Source: Lytechinus pictus
Taxonomy: Eukaryota
Direction of reading: 5' to 3'
NCBI RefSeq assembly: GCF_037042905.1
Contig: NC_087245.1
Span: 2,978,001 to 3,042,000, forward strand
Length of the DNA: 64,000 nucleotides
In this document: positions 1 through 12,800 of the stretch, one piece after another
Layout: each line of letters opens with the position of its first letter
How positions within the stretch are numbered: position 1 is the first letter of the stretch
The notes under the pieces: model-generated
Told to the model about the DNA's origin: nothing
What the model saw: only the letters and a program-made list of their open reading frames with translations
Databases searched by the model: none
Program-made: the position numbers and the translations under genes

Positions 1-289
1 TGTGGTGTTTTACCACCAGCTCCATGCCTTCCTTATCCCTTGATTCTCTGTGGATAGAAAAATTAGAAGGCGAATCGTCGGCATCTTATACGGCTGGTGC
101 AGAATTAAATTTCTACTACACATGGGTAACCAAATTATTTCCAAACAACCCCCTAAACGAGTTTTTCTCTGTGTGCAAAATAACCCCCTAAACAAGTTTC
201 ACAGGCTTTATTTACACATTTTGGCCCCGAAACAAGTTGTCGCCAGAATATGACCCCGGGGAAAAGCTTGGGGGAAAACAACCCGTCCT

Positions 290-620
290 CTCATCACATG
301 GTCTAATGCCATTCCATAAACAGCCATGTGGTCCAATAATCACTTTGTCTTATTACCAGTTCTCTGACCATTTTGTCTTAACACCAGTTGGTCTACCACC
401 CATTTTCTTTTCATTCATTTTGCCCAATTAACACTTAGTCCAATTAGACCAAATGGTATATGGACTAATTGCTATTGGACCAAGTGGTTATTAGACAAAA
501 TGGTGAGTGGACGAAATGGCATTTAGACCATGAGGATAGTGGATGAACTGATTGTAGACCAAACGATAGTAGATGAGTTGGTAATTGGACGAATTGGCAT
601 TAGACCAATCTGAAATAAAT
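290..620. repeat. Foldback repeat built of short TAGACCA-type subrepeats (probable non-autonomous DNA transposon)
   Basis: Left half has GTCTAATGCC/TGGTCTA-type units and right half has the inverse GGCATTAGACC/TAGACCAAA units. Confidence 0.55.
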
Positions 621-801
621 GGGTTTACTGGTCAATTCGAAAAGATTTAAGAGAGTTTGTGTATTGTATTATTTAACTAGTATTAAGTCCATGTAATTGT
701 TGCCTTTCGGAGGGCTGACATTGAAATAAGCCAGATTTATGTAGATGATATACTAAGTTTACTATACTTGTAATAATTTCACTGTTTGTTTTAACTTTTA
801 G

Positions 802-3800
802 GCTACAGTGGAAGGAGGAAAGGGAATGTTAATGTTACTCAAGAGAAATTCCCCATCAATACCAAGAGAGCACATGAACCTCATGAGGTAAGAATTATGT
901 CCTTCCAATCTGATGTTAGTTTTACATTTTGGAATGGAATGAAAGACCTGCATAATTCATACAGGTTAGTAGTTCCATATTGCATAATATATTAAATCAA
1001 CAGTTATTTTAATTATTAGTTATTTAGATTTTATTTTTGTAGGTCTGTGATTAAGCACCACATTCAAAGACTTTTTTTAAAAGTAGAGACATTTCGGATT
1101 TGTATTGTCCTAACTCAAAGGCCCGAATTCACAAAGGTGGTTTTGAAAACCCACGGTTGAATCCATGATTTATGCAGATTTTCTGTATAAATTACGCTTA
1201 ATTTAGCGCGTATCGGGCGCGTGAGTAGGAAATGTCCAATGCTGATGCGCGTTTTTGTCACAGTGCGCCAAATTGACGCCTGTTGCCATGGTTATCCACG
1301 CTATTTTATTCATGAGTCCAAGAGTTTCTGGTTCAGGGGCCGCGGAACCGGGGGGGGGGGGGGGCTTCAGCCCCCACTTTTTTTCTTAAACCGTGTACAA
1401 AAATGACCATATGATTGTGATTTTTTGCATGGTCAGCCCCCCCCCACTTTGAAAACCACTCCGCGGCCCCTGTGGTTGTCCACATTTCCTTTTACACATT
1501 TCATTTGAATCCAGTTTGATAAATAATCACAGACTTATCCCCAATAATAATGAATTTTGATCACATAACTGACATTGTAAATATATATATATTTTTCTTT
1601 GTAGCTCTTTGTACAGCTTGACTCATGGCAGTACAACCAGAATCAGTCTGAAGAAGGGTTTGTGGAGAAGATATGGAAGGAGACTGCAAGATGGATCAAG
1701 TTTGAGGAAGATTGGGAGGCTGGATCAGAGAGATGGGGTAAACCTCATGTAGCCTCACTTACATTCAATAGCTTGCCACAGCTAAGGAAGGGGCTTGAAA
1801 ATGGTAGGTGCACACACCTTTGTTCACTTTGGTGTGGTGTGAAAGTGAATGGTGCCATGTTGTTATAGGCTGTTGAATAGACTTTTAAAACCCAACACTA
1901 ACATCTTAGGAAGTTGTGTGTGCAATATGTACTACTGATTGAAACAACATCTCTTGGAAGAAAATTATATATATATCATACGGCTGTACACACTGTTCAA
2001 ACAATCTTTTGCGCACATGTATGTAATTAATAGACTATCTTAACACTGCATTTTAAAAAAGAAATGCATACACTTCAATCGAATATTGATTGTGAATTGG
2101 CAACCCTAGAACAAGCAAGTTTGCAAGTTAATTTCTCTGTAGATTCTGGGGGATTACTCTGATTAATATCTTGAATAAAGTTTATAACGACTTAAATGGA
2201 TGAAGGGGATTCTGCTACATGAAATGCCAAGTTCATATCCAATTAATGATTGGAGATCGATATTGTGTTTTGTTTAGGCCTGATGCTTCTTGATTGTCAG
2301 AGGACCACCTTACAAGGCATCTTTGATGCTATCCTAGATGGGCTTGAAGAGGAACATAACATGGGAAGGAATGATCGTATGCTTATCTCAAAGATGCTCA
2401 GGGCAAGCGCTGGAAGGTTAGTAAATCCATTAACTCTTTCCTATAGTAACCTGAAAAATTGAGTATTTGCTTGTCAGTGCAGTGTTTATGAATCTTGGAA
2501 ATAGGAGAACATTGTACCAAATCAACACTCTTAAGTTGATCTGAGTATATGTTGTTTTATTTGTGAAAATTGATCATTTCATTTATTTCACCTCATTTAA
2601 ACTGATCTTCCATTTGTTATAAAGTTTGGAATGTCCTCTGCAACGTTATATTAAGTGCATGATGATTTCCATTGGGATATATTCCATTCACTTGACTATA
2701 ATTGATGGCATTGTCTTAACATCATTCAATATGGAGAAGGCTTATGTATATTATTCATATAGGCAAACACTAAAGTCTTTCAATCTAGATTATTCAAATT
2801 GCATTACTCATCATACCTATAAAATCACATTGGCTCTGTGAAAATTGAGTACCAAAGATATGTCTGATAACACAGGGAATACAGTACTTTGTGTAATTTT
2901 TACTTTTGATTGTATTTCAAACCTCATTGCCTACATGCATACGCATACATCAGCTCTAATATGCAACATAGATTGCTAAGAGGAAGTGTAAATAGGTAAG
3001 ATAGCTCATCTGGTTAACATGTGATTTTTTGTTGATGGTGCCTAATTTCCTCTGGCTTCCGCAAAGAAAAATAAGTTGAGTTAATAATAGTAGTACATTG
3101 CTTTTATAACAAATACCACTGCTGGAATGTATCCAACTAACTTTCCTGACATACTGTTTTTAAAGAAATAATGTGTAATATTGATACAGTCTCAGGGAGG
3201 CTAGACACTGAAATCATCATGCAAAGTTCTACAAAACTACCCCAGAACCCCAATCCCCCCCAGAGGGGGGGAGGGGCACTCACATATATTGGTGGTATGA
3301 GGACGTGCCGCTTTGATGACCCCCTTTTTCAGACCTGATTTTCAGTTCCCTAGGTACTCGGAATGACAAAAGTTCCGTTCAGAAGCTGCGCACCCCGCAC
3401 TCAAGACCTGTGTTACGGAACATCTCAGTTCCCAAGCCCTGTCTAAATTGTCTGGCGCGAGCATCGCAAAGCTTGCAGCTGTACGCACGGCTTCATACCA
3501 GTAGTATTTCCTCTATACCATGGTGCCATGCACGCTAGTTCCCACATGCACAGCGCTAGCCCGCACCCACTGTATACCTAGTAGTACCGTTCCGGGATCC
3601 CGCTCCTTAGACCCTGTTTTTCACACCACCCAGTATATATTTAGTTCCCAAGACCCCCATTTCAGGGTTTCGTCAGGCACACCTCCTTCAAAATGTAATA
3701 TGAGTCCCCCCCCCCCCCCCCCCCCCCCGGGCCCAATCCTCAATTTATTAAAGAACTTTGGAAAGAGTCAATTTCCTTTCCCTTATAAAAGGTAGTATGA

Positions 3801-6800
3801 TATTGATTTTAAAATGTTAAGCCATGATTAATTTATCCATGGTTGAATTCAAATCCAGAATTTCATACAGTAGCAAGTGGGAGCAATGTCATAGTTCAAC
3901 CTGTTGTGGTATTTAACACGCTAACCCTAACTCTGCCTCACACAACCTTGTCATTCAAAGTCGGTTACGTGCAAACTTGTAAATATAGTTTACAAACATA
4001 TATAGATATATACATTGATATACTCTTAATAATGCCTACAGACCACTACCCTGCCTTCACCATTACAACTGCTTCATAGAGCATGTTTTAGTCTCAGAAA
4101 TGCTCATTGTTATCTGTATCTGTCCGTTGACGTACAATCACCAGCATCTGGTTGTCGCGTACGTTGTTCACATGCATGTTAATGTTAATAAATTTCTATT
4201 CATAGAGGAGTCTATCCTCAAAGCCTATTAAAAACAAATCACATATTTGTTTATGAAAATAGGTCTATTTGTGCTGACATCAGTAAGGAAATGTAAATTC
4301 TGTAAACAGTGTAAATTAATTTGATCACACCCCCACCTGTGTATAACCTAACCTTAAGCAATGACCATGACCACACAGTATCACCAGTGTGCACTTTTGA
4401 TATCTTATCTCAATTTCTATTGTTGTGTTGTGAATTTATTCATTTCCAGTTCACTTTTGGGATTGCTATTTCCTCTTGTATTTTTCTATTCCCCTCTCCC
4501 TTAATTCTCGCTACCCCAAATAGGAACAAAAATCTCATAATGCGCGAGACGAGATAATTTTGACTTCGTCGGGTCGTCATCACCACTTCCGGTTCAGAGT
4601 TATGCTCGCGCGAGGTTCGCGATACTGAGTTTTCCACCACGCTGAAATCTAAGCCAATCAGCGTAATATGTACAGATTATAATACGTTTTATCTAATTTG
4701 GTCAGTTTTGATTCCATTTGAATTATAAATAGAAATAAAAAATATATTTCACGTGAAAATGTAAAAGAGAGGGTTGTGATCACGAACTTTCCGAGCGAAA
4801 GCGACGTTGTGTTGTTGTGCATGACGGCACTGTTGATCTGAATGGCAAAACAGTGCATTGGACTTCCGATCAGGAAGTTGTAATACCGAAAAGCTATCCC
4901 ATAATGCAATGCGCGTTACAGGGATTTTCCCGGATCTCGGCGAAATCGCTATTTGGGGTAGCGAGAATTCTCCTACCCCTTCTACCCCCCCCTTTCTAAA
5001 CACCACCAATGATTGGTAAATCTGTTCATCATAGAGCAATGACAAATGCAATGTATTTAAAAATATATATATTTTTGTATCATATTGTTCACTGTACCCA
5101 TTTCAGTAGGGATTTTCTTTATTTTTTATAAAAATAAACTGTACTTGTACTTATTTTAATGACGTTTTCTATATCCCCTAGCTACCAAGATGAGCATACT
5201 GGTATTGTGAGAGCATCTATAAGACGTCTTTCTACCATTGCTGACTTCAGTCACCATCATCGTAGTTCACATCAGCATCAGAATCAGCTCAACTCCAACC
5301 ACTTCCCTGTCAGTCGATCCATGAGTGCTATGGATGGTACAGGTCATATCAATGGCAATGGGGTATGTTATACGTACACTGGGTCAAAGTGAGGTTTACC
5401 TCCCTCCATGCTCAAAATAAAAACAGCCTTTATACATGTAGTTCATTGCTCACAGGATAGTAACTTTGAAATTAAAGGAGGAATTCAGGTGTGGAATTGA
5501 GAGATGCACATCAAATACCAAACTCTGACTCGCTCAGTCAGTGAGCTTTGTGAGATGTTTTGTTTAAATCAGATTCCTTTAAGTTTTATAATATACCAGG
5601 GTTCTAGCACACTCTGGAAGGGTAATTAAGAGATTCTTATTCATTATACGTCAGTTTATTTGAAGTGCACATCTCAAGGAATATTTTTATACATGTACAC
5701 AAAGTTTTGATAATTTGTATGTACTACATGATTCAAGTGACTTCTGTATTCCTTACTGAAATGAAAATCACATCTTCCTTTGTTTTATTCATTTATATTT
5801 TAACATTCTTCTTTTGAAGTTAATCGATTTCATTGTATTAGTAGCTTTAAATAAGCTGCATCGTTCAACACAGTAGCTAAATCTTGTTAATTATTTGTCT
5901 TCCAGTTTGTTGATCCAGAATCCAAGACTCCGATGATTGAAGACATCCAACAGCAGGAGAAGATCACACACCTCAAGGTGAATAACGACAACGGGTCAGC
6001 TATCAACAGGAACCTCTCTGCTGCTACACTAAGTGCCCTTCAACAACACAGGACTGATGGCATCATTAAGAAGATCCCACCAGACTCTGAGGGAGCTCTG
6101 GTCCTTGTTGCCAAGGAAGAATACCTTGAACAACCATACATGGTCCTGGTCAGGCTGGATGAACCTATACTCTTTGAGAACTTATTGGAGGTCCCTATCC
6201 CATTGAGGTATGTTGATAGATGAATTGGTTGAGAGAAAAAAATTGGGTTGAACCCTCGGATATGATGTCAAATGAAAGCCCTTTTTTAGAGGAGAGTAAC
6301 CACCTTGGCATTAAGAACCCTCTGCACTATTTGTATAACAGAATAAAGAAAGAATCTTCACCAGTGAATGAGGCATATCATTCCAGAGAAGAAGAGTGAA
6401 GCTGGGAAATGGGTTGTGAAACAGAAGCAAACGGTGTAAAAATGAAGAAAATAGTGAGAGGGGGTTTCAAAAGAGTGAGGGCAGTTTCGACATTATTTTG
6501 ATATTTGAATTAAAAAGTCAAAGCTTTTTATTTTTTCTCAAGAAAATGTATGTTATGTCTTGTGAAAATATTGGTTATTTTGGGGGTATAAACATGACTG
6601 ATACATGTAATGTCATAAGTGATTGATTACATTATGCTGACATCAAACTTAGTGATTTTTGTGTGTGTGTTTTCTATCAGGTATGTATTTGTGGTAACTG
6701 GTCCTCCCATGCCAACCCTCAACTACCATGAAGTGGGTCGAGCCCTTGCCACGCTCTTCTCCGATGAGGTGTTCAGGAATATTGCCTACTCCGCCCGTGA

Positions 6801-9800
6801 GAGGAAGGACATCCTAGTGGGAATCAATGAGTTTCTCAATGACACCATGGTGCTACCACCAGGAGATTGGGATAAGGAACTACTTATGCCAATCACTAGG
6901 TTACAGAAGAGAGAACAAGAGAAGGTGAACAAGAGAAGAAAGACATTGAAGTTGAAGGAAGAGGATACAGTGGGTAAGTTTGATGACTTACATTCTTTGA
7001 TTTAAGAATAAGTGATGGTCAGGAGCCATGGCCAGATGAATATGAGAAATATAAACTATAGACCGGTAAATCAATGAAATAGTGTGTTTTGAGTATATTG
7101 GAAAGGAAGATCGAAGTGGAAAACATAAGAGAAAGAATCTTGAAAAGTAGGAAATCCTTCATTGTAATGAAGTATGATATATGAAGAGAGGGAAGGAAAA
7201 TTCTCTGAAATGATCAGGACGGTGTCACCAGATATATGAACAAGTTCTCAGCCATTTCAATCAGTGTACATTGGAGGTGCTATTCACATGATTTAAAGGA
7301 AATCTAGAATTGATTCTATTCTCACCTTCTATATACATGTATTCTAATCCGTGTTTTTGTCTGTTTATATGCATCAGCCTTGCAGCATTTCCTTACAGTG
7401 GAGAAGGTGCATGGAGACCCCTTACAACGTACAGGATACTTGTTTGGTGGTCTCTTCAAAGATATCAGAAGAAGATATCCTCACTACCTCTCTGATGTCT
7501 TAGATTCCTTTAACATCACCTGTTTGGCTGCCTTCGTCTTTCTCTACTTCGCTTGTCTCTCACCAGCTATTACTTTTGGTGGTATCTTAGGTAGGTACAT
7601 AGTGATCAGGGATTTGCAAGTACAAAGTCTGTTTAAACATTTAGAAATTGGGATGTTTAGGGTGTTCAGTTAAATAATGAAAATTTGGGCATCTTGTTTA
7701 GCACAAGGAAGGGTCACCGGTTGTGCATAAAATCATTCATATCTTGCAAACATCTTTATCTTATCTTTATGAAACGGTCTTTAGATAAAGTACCAACCAT
7801 CAAGTAGCCCAGTCAAAAGACATTTTTGATACCACCAAAAATGTCTGTTCATTAAGAAAAATTTGCAAGAGGAGGGTTACTAGTGAAAAATATATACATA
7901 TGTATGTATTTTCTTTTAGAGTTATTAATGATGAAGGCCCGTATTCTGAAAACCAGCATAATTTAGACCATGGTCTAACTCTGTGCTAAATTTGTGGGAA
8001 GCAAAAAGGTCAACTATTAGTTATAATTCCTAGACAGTTATGAATGATTTTAGTGTCAAATGAGCTGATGAATTGAAATTGTCCTGTTAGAGATTTATGT
8101 CACAATTGGCTATCCATAGTTAAACCACAACTTTAGACCAGAGTTTAAATAAAATCTGAATTCAGAATCCGGATGGGAGAGTTTAGTCCTGTGGTCAAAT
8201 TTTGTTTCTTGTCTACCTGCTGCTTGACCATTCTTGAATAATTCTTCACTTCCTTTACTGCAGACCAGATTTGTTTAACAAGGGAAACTGGTACTTTGGG
8301 TATTCCCTGAGTGGAATACATGTATCCTAAATAAAAAAAATAGTCAAAAAATGTCTATCAAACTAGATCTGGATTTCACTTCCATTTGTCTGTTCTTGTC
8401 AATCATGATTTTCCTACAGGTGAAATGACGCAGGGTTATATGGGAGTGTCTGAGATGATCATCTCAACATCTCTCAATGGCATCATCTTCTCACTACTCT
8501 CAGGGCAACCTCTCATCATCATAGGTCCTACTGGTCCAGTGTTGGTCTTTGAAGAAAACCTATTACTGGTAAGGATGAAAATTGTTTTCTTATACCCTGG
8601 CATGAGCAGGACAGCTGTTTTACACTCTGCATTTTTTAGTTGAGAGCAGTGCAATGTAAATAAATTGGAAGATGACCAATGGTGTTGATCTTTTAAAGAA
8701 AGCATCGTGAGGATAATGGTGCATTGGTAATAGTCATGATTTTTGTTTAGAGCATCATGAATATCATTGTATCATATAGATTGTCAATTGCAAACTTTGA
8801 ATGTCAAATATCAAGGAATCTTTTTTATTTGGAATATGTAAATGAATTTCTTCATTTTTTATATTTTAACATTAACTGATCCTTTGATTTTGGCAGTAAA
8901 TAATGACATAAATGTATTCCATACCAAAACAATATTCTTTGTCAAAAAACATATCTACATCAGTTATACAGATGTTTTGCCGCACCACATGAAACAGGTA
9001 TACAGTAATTTTGGGATGGTTTCCTTATTGGTTGAGTCAGCCAAATTATACAAAATTCTTCTTAATGAAACAAAAATGATGCCTGTATTTGTGTGTTATC
9101 CATTTCCAGTTTTCCAAGCAGATGAATATTGAGCTGTTACCATTCCGTGCATGGATTGGTATATGGACGTTTCTTATAGCAACCATCTGTGTAGCAGTAG
9201 AGGGCAGCGTTCTCGTCCGACATTTTACTAGATTTACTGAGGAGATATTTGCCCTTCTCATTTCTATCATCTTCATCTATGAGACCGTCAGTGGACTCAA
9301 ATATGTAAGTTTTATTACTGCATTTTACATGTATTCAAGAAAACCTTTATAAGTGTACTGCGATCTATTGGTGCATTTCATTTTATTTGTTCATTTATTT
9401 CCATCAATTCAGTATAAGATATAAAGTAAAATAGTAATTTAAAGATAGAGGAGACTGCTATTTAAAGCATAATAGCTTTATATTAGGTTAAAACCAGCTA
9501 TTATAACTTTTTATGAATACAGGTCCTTATTAGTATACAGTGCATCTCAAAAAAAGGAAACTGGGAATCCGACATCTGTTTTCTTCAAATGCAAACTAAT
9601 TATGATATTTTATTTACATAATCATAAAATTCAATTATTCCTCTACATTTTGATACCTAATACATGACAAACACTTCACGCATTAATGAGCAAGAGGAGT
9701 TTGAAATTTTAATGTCAAAATCAGGTTGCGCGGAAAGATAGGACAAGATTGGTTCGTGAAACGACAACCGTGCCTATTCGACTATTGGCTCATTAGCATT

Positions 9801-12800
9801 TCTTTTGTATTCTTTGTTAAGTTTCTCTCACTGATCCCTGAAATGAGAGTGGATTCGGATTAACACTTGAGTTTCTGCGAAAATCGTTTTTGATAGGCCT
9901 GACTGAATATTCATTGTTTGTAATCTGCTGTGCGCAAATGATTTGCTAAGCTGTTGGTCTCAAATTAAATATGAGATTTCACTTTTACCATAAGTATCAA
10001 ATTCATCATAAAAACATGTTTAACAACTGTGAAATCTATCTCTGAAAATGGGTTTCCTTTTTTGTGGGATGCACTGTAAGCCTATAGTGATAAATCTGAA
10101 TATATTTTAGAATTTTTTGTCGTTAGATGTATGTAGTAACAAGGTTGAATGATTAATCCTAACGTACATTTCACATATTTCATATTTGTGAATATTGTTG
10201 TGGAAGCTTAAATCTATCATAATTTCATTTCATATTATCTGTCTGGTAGTTAATTGGTGTTTTTATGAAGTTAATAGTATTTGGATGGTTCCTAATAACC
10301 AGCAAGGGCCCTAGAGGATCAAAATAGATTTGTTGAAATAAATAATTTTTATTTCATCTCATTCTCTAGGTGGCTTGTCAGAACCCCTTTCAGGAGAACT
10401 ACTGCCTGGCTGATCTGAACAGCACATACCCTCCCATATACAACTCATCTAGTATCTATGCACGGCCCACCGACATCATCCAGCAGTTCAACGTCACAAC
10501 CTCCCCAATCCTGAGCTCTGTCACCAGCTCATCATTATCACACGGACTGGATGAACATGTGACATACTTTGACATTATGATGAATGCTACTGATCATTAT
10601 GGAGATGATAAATACAGTGGGAAATCTGGAAAGAAAAAGAAATGTTATGTACCTTCTGGTTGGGATCCCAAGCCTAACACCACTCTCATGTCAATCATTC
10701 TTACATTTGGAACATTCTTTATAGCGTTCTTCATCAGGCAGTTCAGAAATAGCAGATTCTTGGGCAGAACGGTAGGAGGAATCATTCATAGTCTTTTTTT
10801 CCAGCAAATTAGATGTGATAAAATTATTTTTTCATTGTAATTTCAAATCCATAAATTATATGCATCAAGAAGTATAAGATCTCACTGTGATATTTGAATC
10901 ATGCAATTGTTTTTATAGTCGATGATTTTATCAAATCTGACCAAAGTTTACAATTTATAAGTCTAGAGCCAACATTTTTAAGAATTTGTCATTTCATATT
11001 GATTGATATTCAATAGAATATATAGAAATAGTTATTGTGCTATATGAATATTTAATATTATTATTATCTACTTCCTTTTTTGTTACTTACAGTCAAGAAG
11101 AGCATTTGGTGACATTGGTATCGCTATAGCAATCACCGTCATGGTTACCATATCATACTTCACCAAGAATGTCTACCTTCAAGTGAGTTCAATAATTATC
11201 TCATTTAGTTCGTTCATAATTTTTTAGTTTCATAACATAATATTTATTAAACAATATTTTGTGTTTGTCGATTTTCACACACTTTTTTTCTGTGTCTGGA
11301 CCCTGAATAATATTGATATTTTATCCATTTTGGGTTTTAGACCTTAAGACTTTTATGGAGGAAAAAGATATTTCCAGATAATACAGTCTAAGTGCAAAGG
11401 TATTGAGTATGTATTGTACTCAAAACAAGATTAAATGATAGCAATTTTTCATACAGAATGACACTAAAGGATATAAGTAAGATAATAAGTAAGAATCAAT
11501 GTGAATGGTTTCATCTAGTCACTAATCAAAGAAAGACAAGAGAAATGTTTATTGTATTTGTGTTTTATATTTCTCTTACAGTAACACGACAAATGTATGT
11601 TAATATGTTAATATCCATTATTCTGCAGTTTGATTGAGTAGAACTTACAGATCTGTTTGTTTGATTTTTTTGTCAGATTGATGTATTATTATGAAGGTTG
11701 ACTGTCCCTTGTTTGATGTACACAGTGGCAGGGATGGATCCAGGATTTTCCAAAAGGGGGGGGGGGGTTTGACAAGCCCCCCCCCCCAAAAAAAAAAAAG
11801 GTTTTCAACCAAAAATTAAGGATATCTCGTACCCGGGGGAAAAAAAGGTTTTCAACCACCAATAAGGATATTTCGTACCCGGTCTTCAATTTCAGAAGAG
11901 GTGGCACACCTCTGTTTTCATGGCATTTTTACATTACAAATTTTAATTTTGCTTCTCAAAAGGGGGGGGGGGCACGTGCCCCTGTGCCCCCCCCCCCCCT
12001 GGATCCGCGCCTGCTCAGTGGACACCCATTACTAATTCTGTTTCTTACTCCATATCAAATACAGCAATATTTCTCTAGGATATCCATTAGAATGAGCAGA
12101 TCCTCACTTTTATTAATTTATCAATTTTATTATTACTATGTTCGATTGCAGAAACTAACCATAGGGACCGGTTTTGCTCCTACGAATCCATCCAAGAGAG
12201 GCTGGTTTATCAATCCTATGGGTGTAGATCAACCCATGCCAATGATAGCCATCCTGGGTGCTTCAGTACCAGCATTCCTTGTCTTCATCCTTCTCTACAT
12301 GGAGACACTTCTTACAGGGTAAGTGTGTTGGTTTGGAGGTCGGTAAGAAGATGAGGATGGTAGTGGTTGGGATGGTTCTGTAGTGATGAACACTTTGATG
12401 GCATGGGTGATGGTAAATCATGAGGAGGGAGAGGGAGAGGCTGGTACATCTCTGGCTGTAATGATGATAATGGTAATTGTGATGATAGTTGATTGGTTTT
12501 GGTGATGGCTATGATAGAAAGAAGAGGATTGCAATGATGTCGATGATGACAATGATAACGATGGTGACCATGGCGACTATGCTGGCAATGTTAATAATTC
12601 AGATGATGATAATGATGATGACGACGATGATGACGACGATGATGGTGACGATGACGATGATGAAGGTGCTGTTATTGGATATTGATGATGATGACCATAA
12701 TGGACATGATGAAGTTGATGATAGTGAAGATGATGATAATGAAAGTTATGACTTCTGGTAGTGACAATGTTCATTATGATCTATCTTTCTCCTCAGGGTT

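Noticed and set aside
4524..5017. Apparent small SLC4 exon split by an insertion (TAG|GAACAAAAAT ... GATTG|GTAAAT)
   Set aside because: The acceptor AG lies inside the 21-bp TIR of the element at 4503-4969, and exons 2416 and 5182 already join in frame.
12152..12318. Assignment to Na+-coupled SLC4 (NBC/NDCBE) or SLC4A11
   Set aside because: Glu at the E681-equivalent position, the AATVR motif and the DEY..MP C-terminus fit the AE clade.
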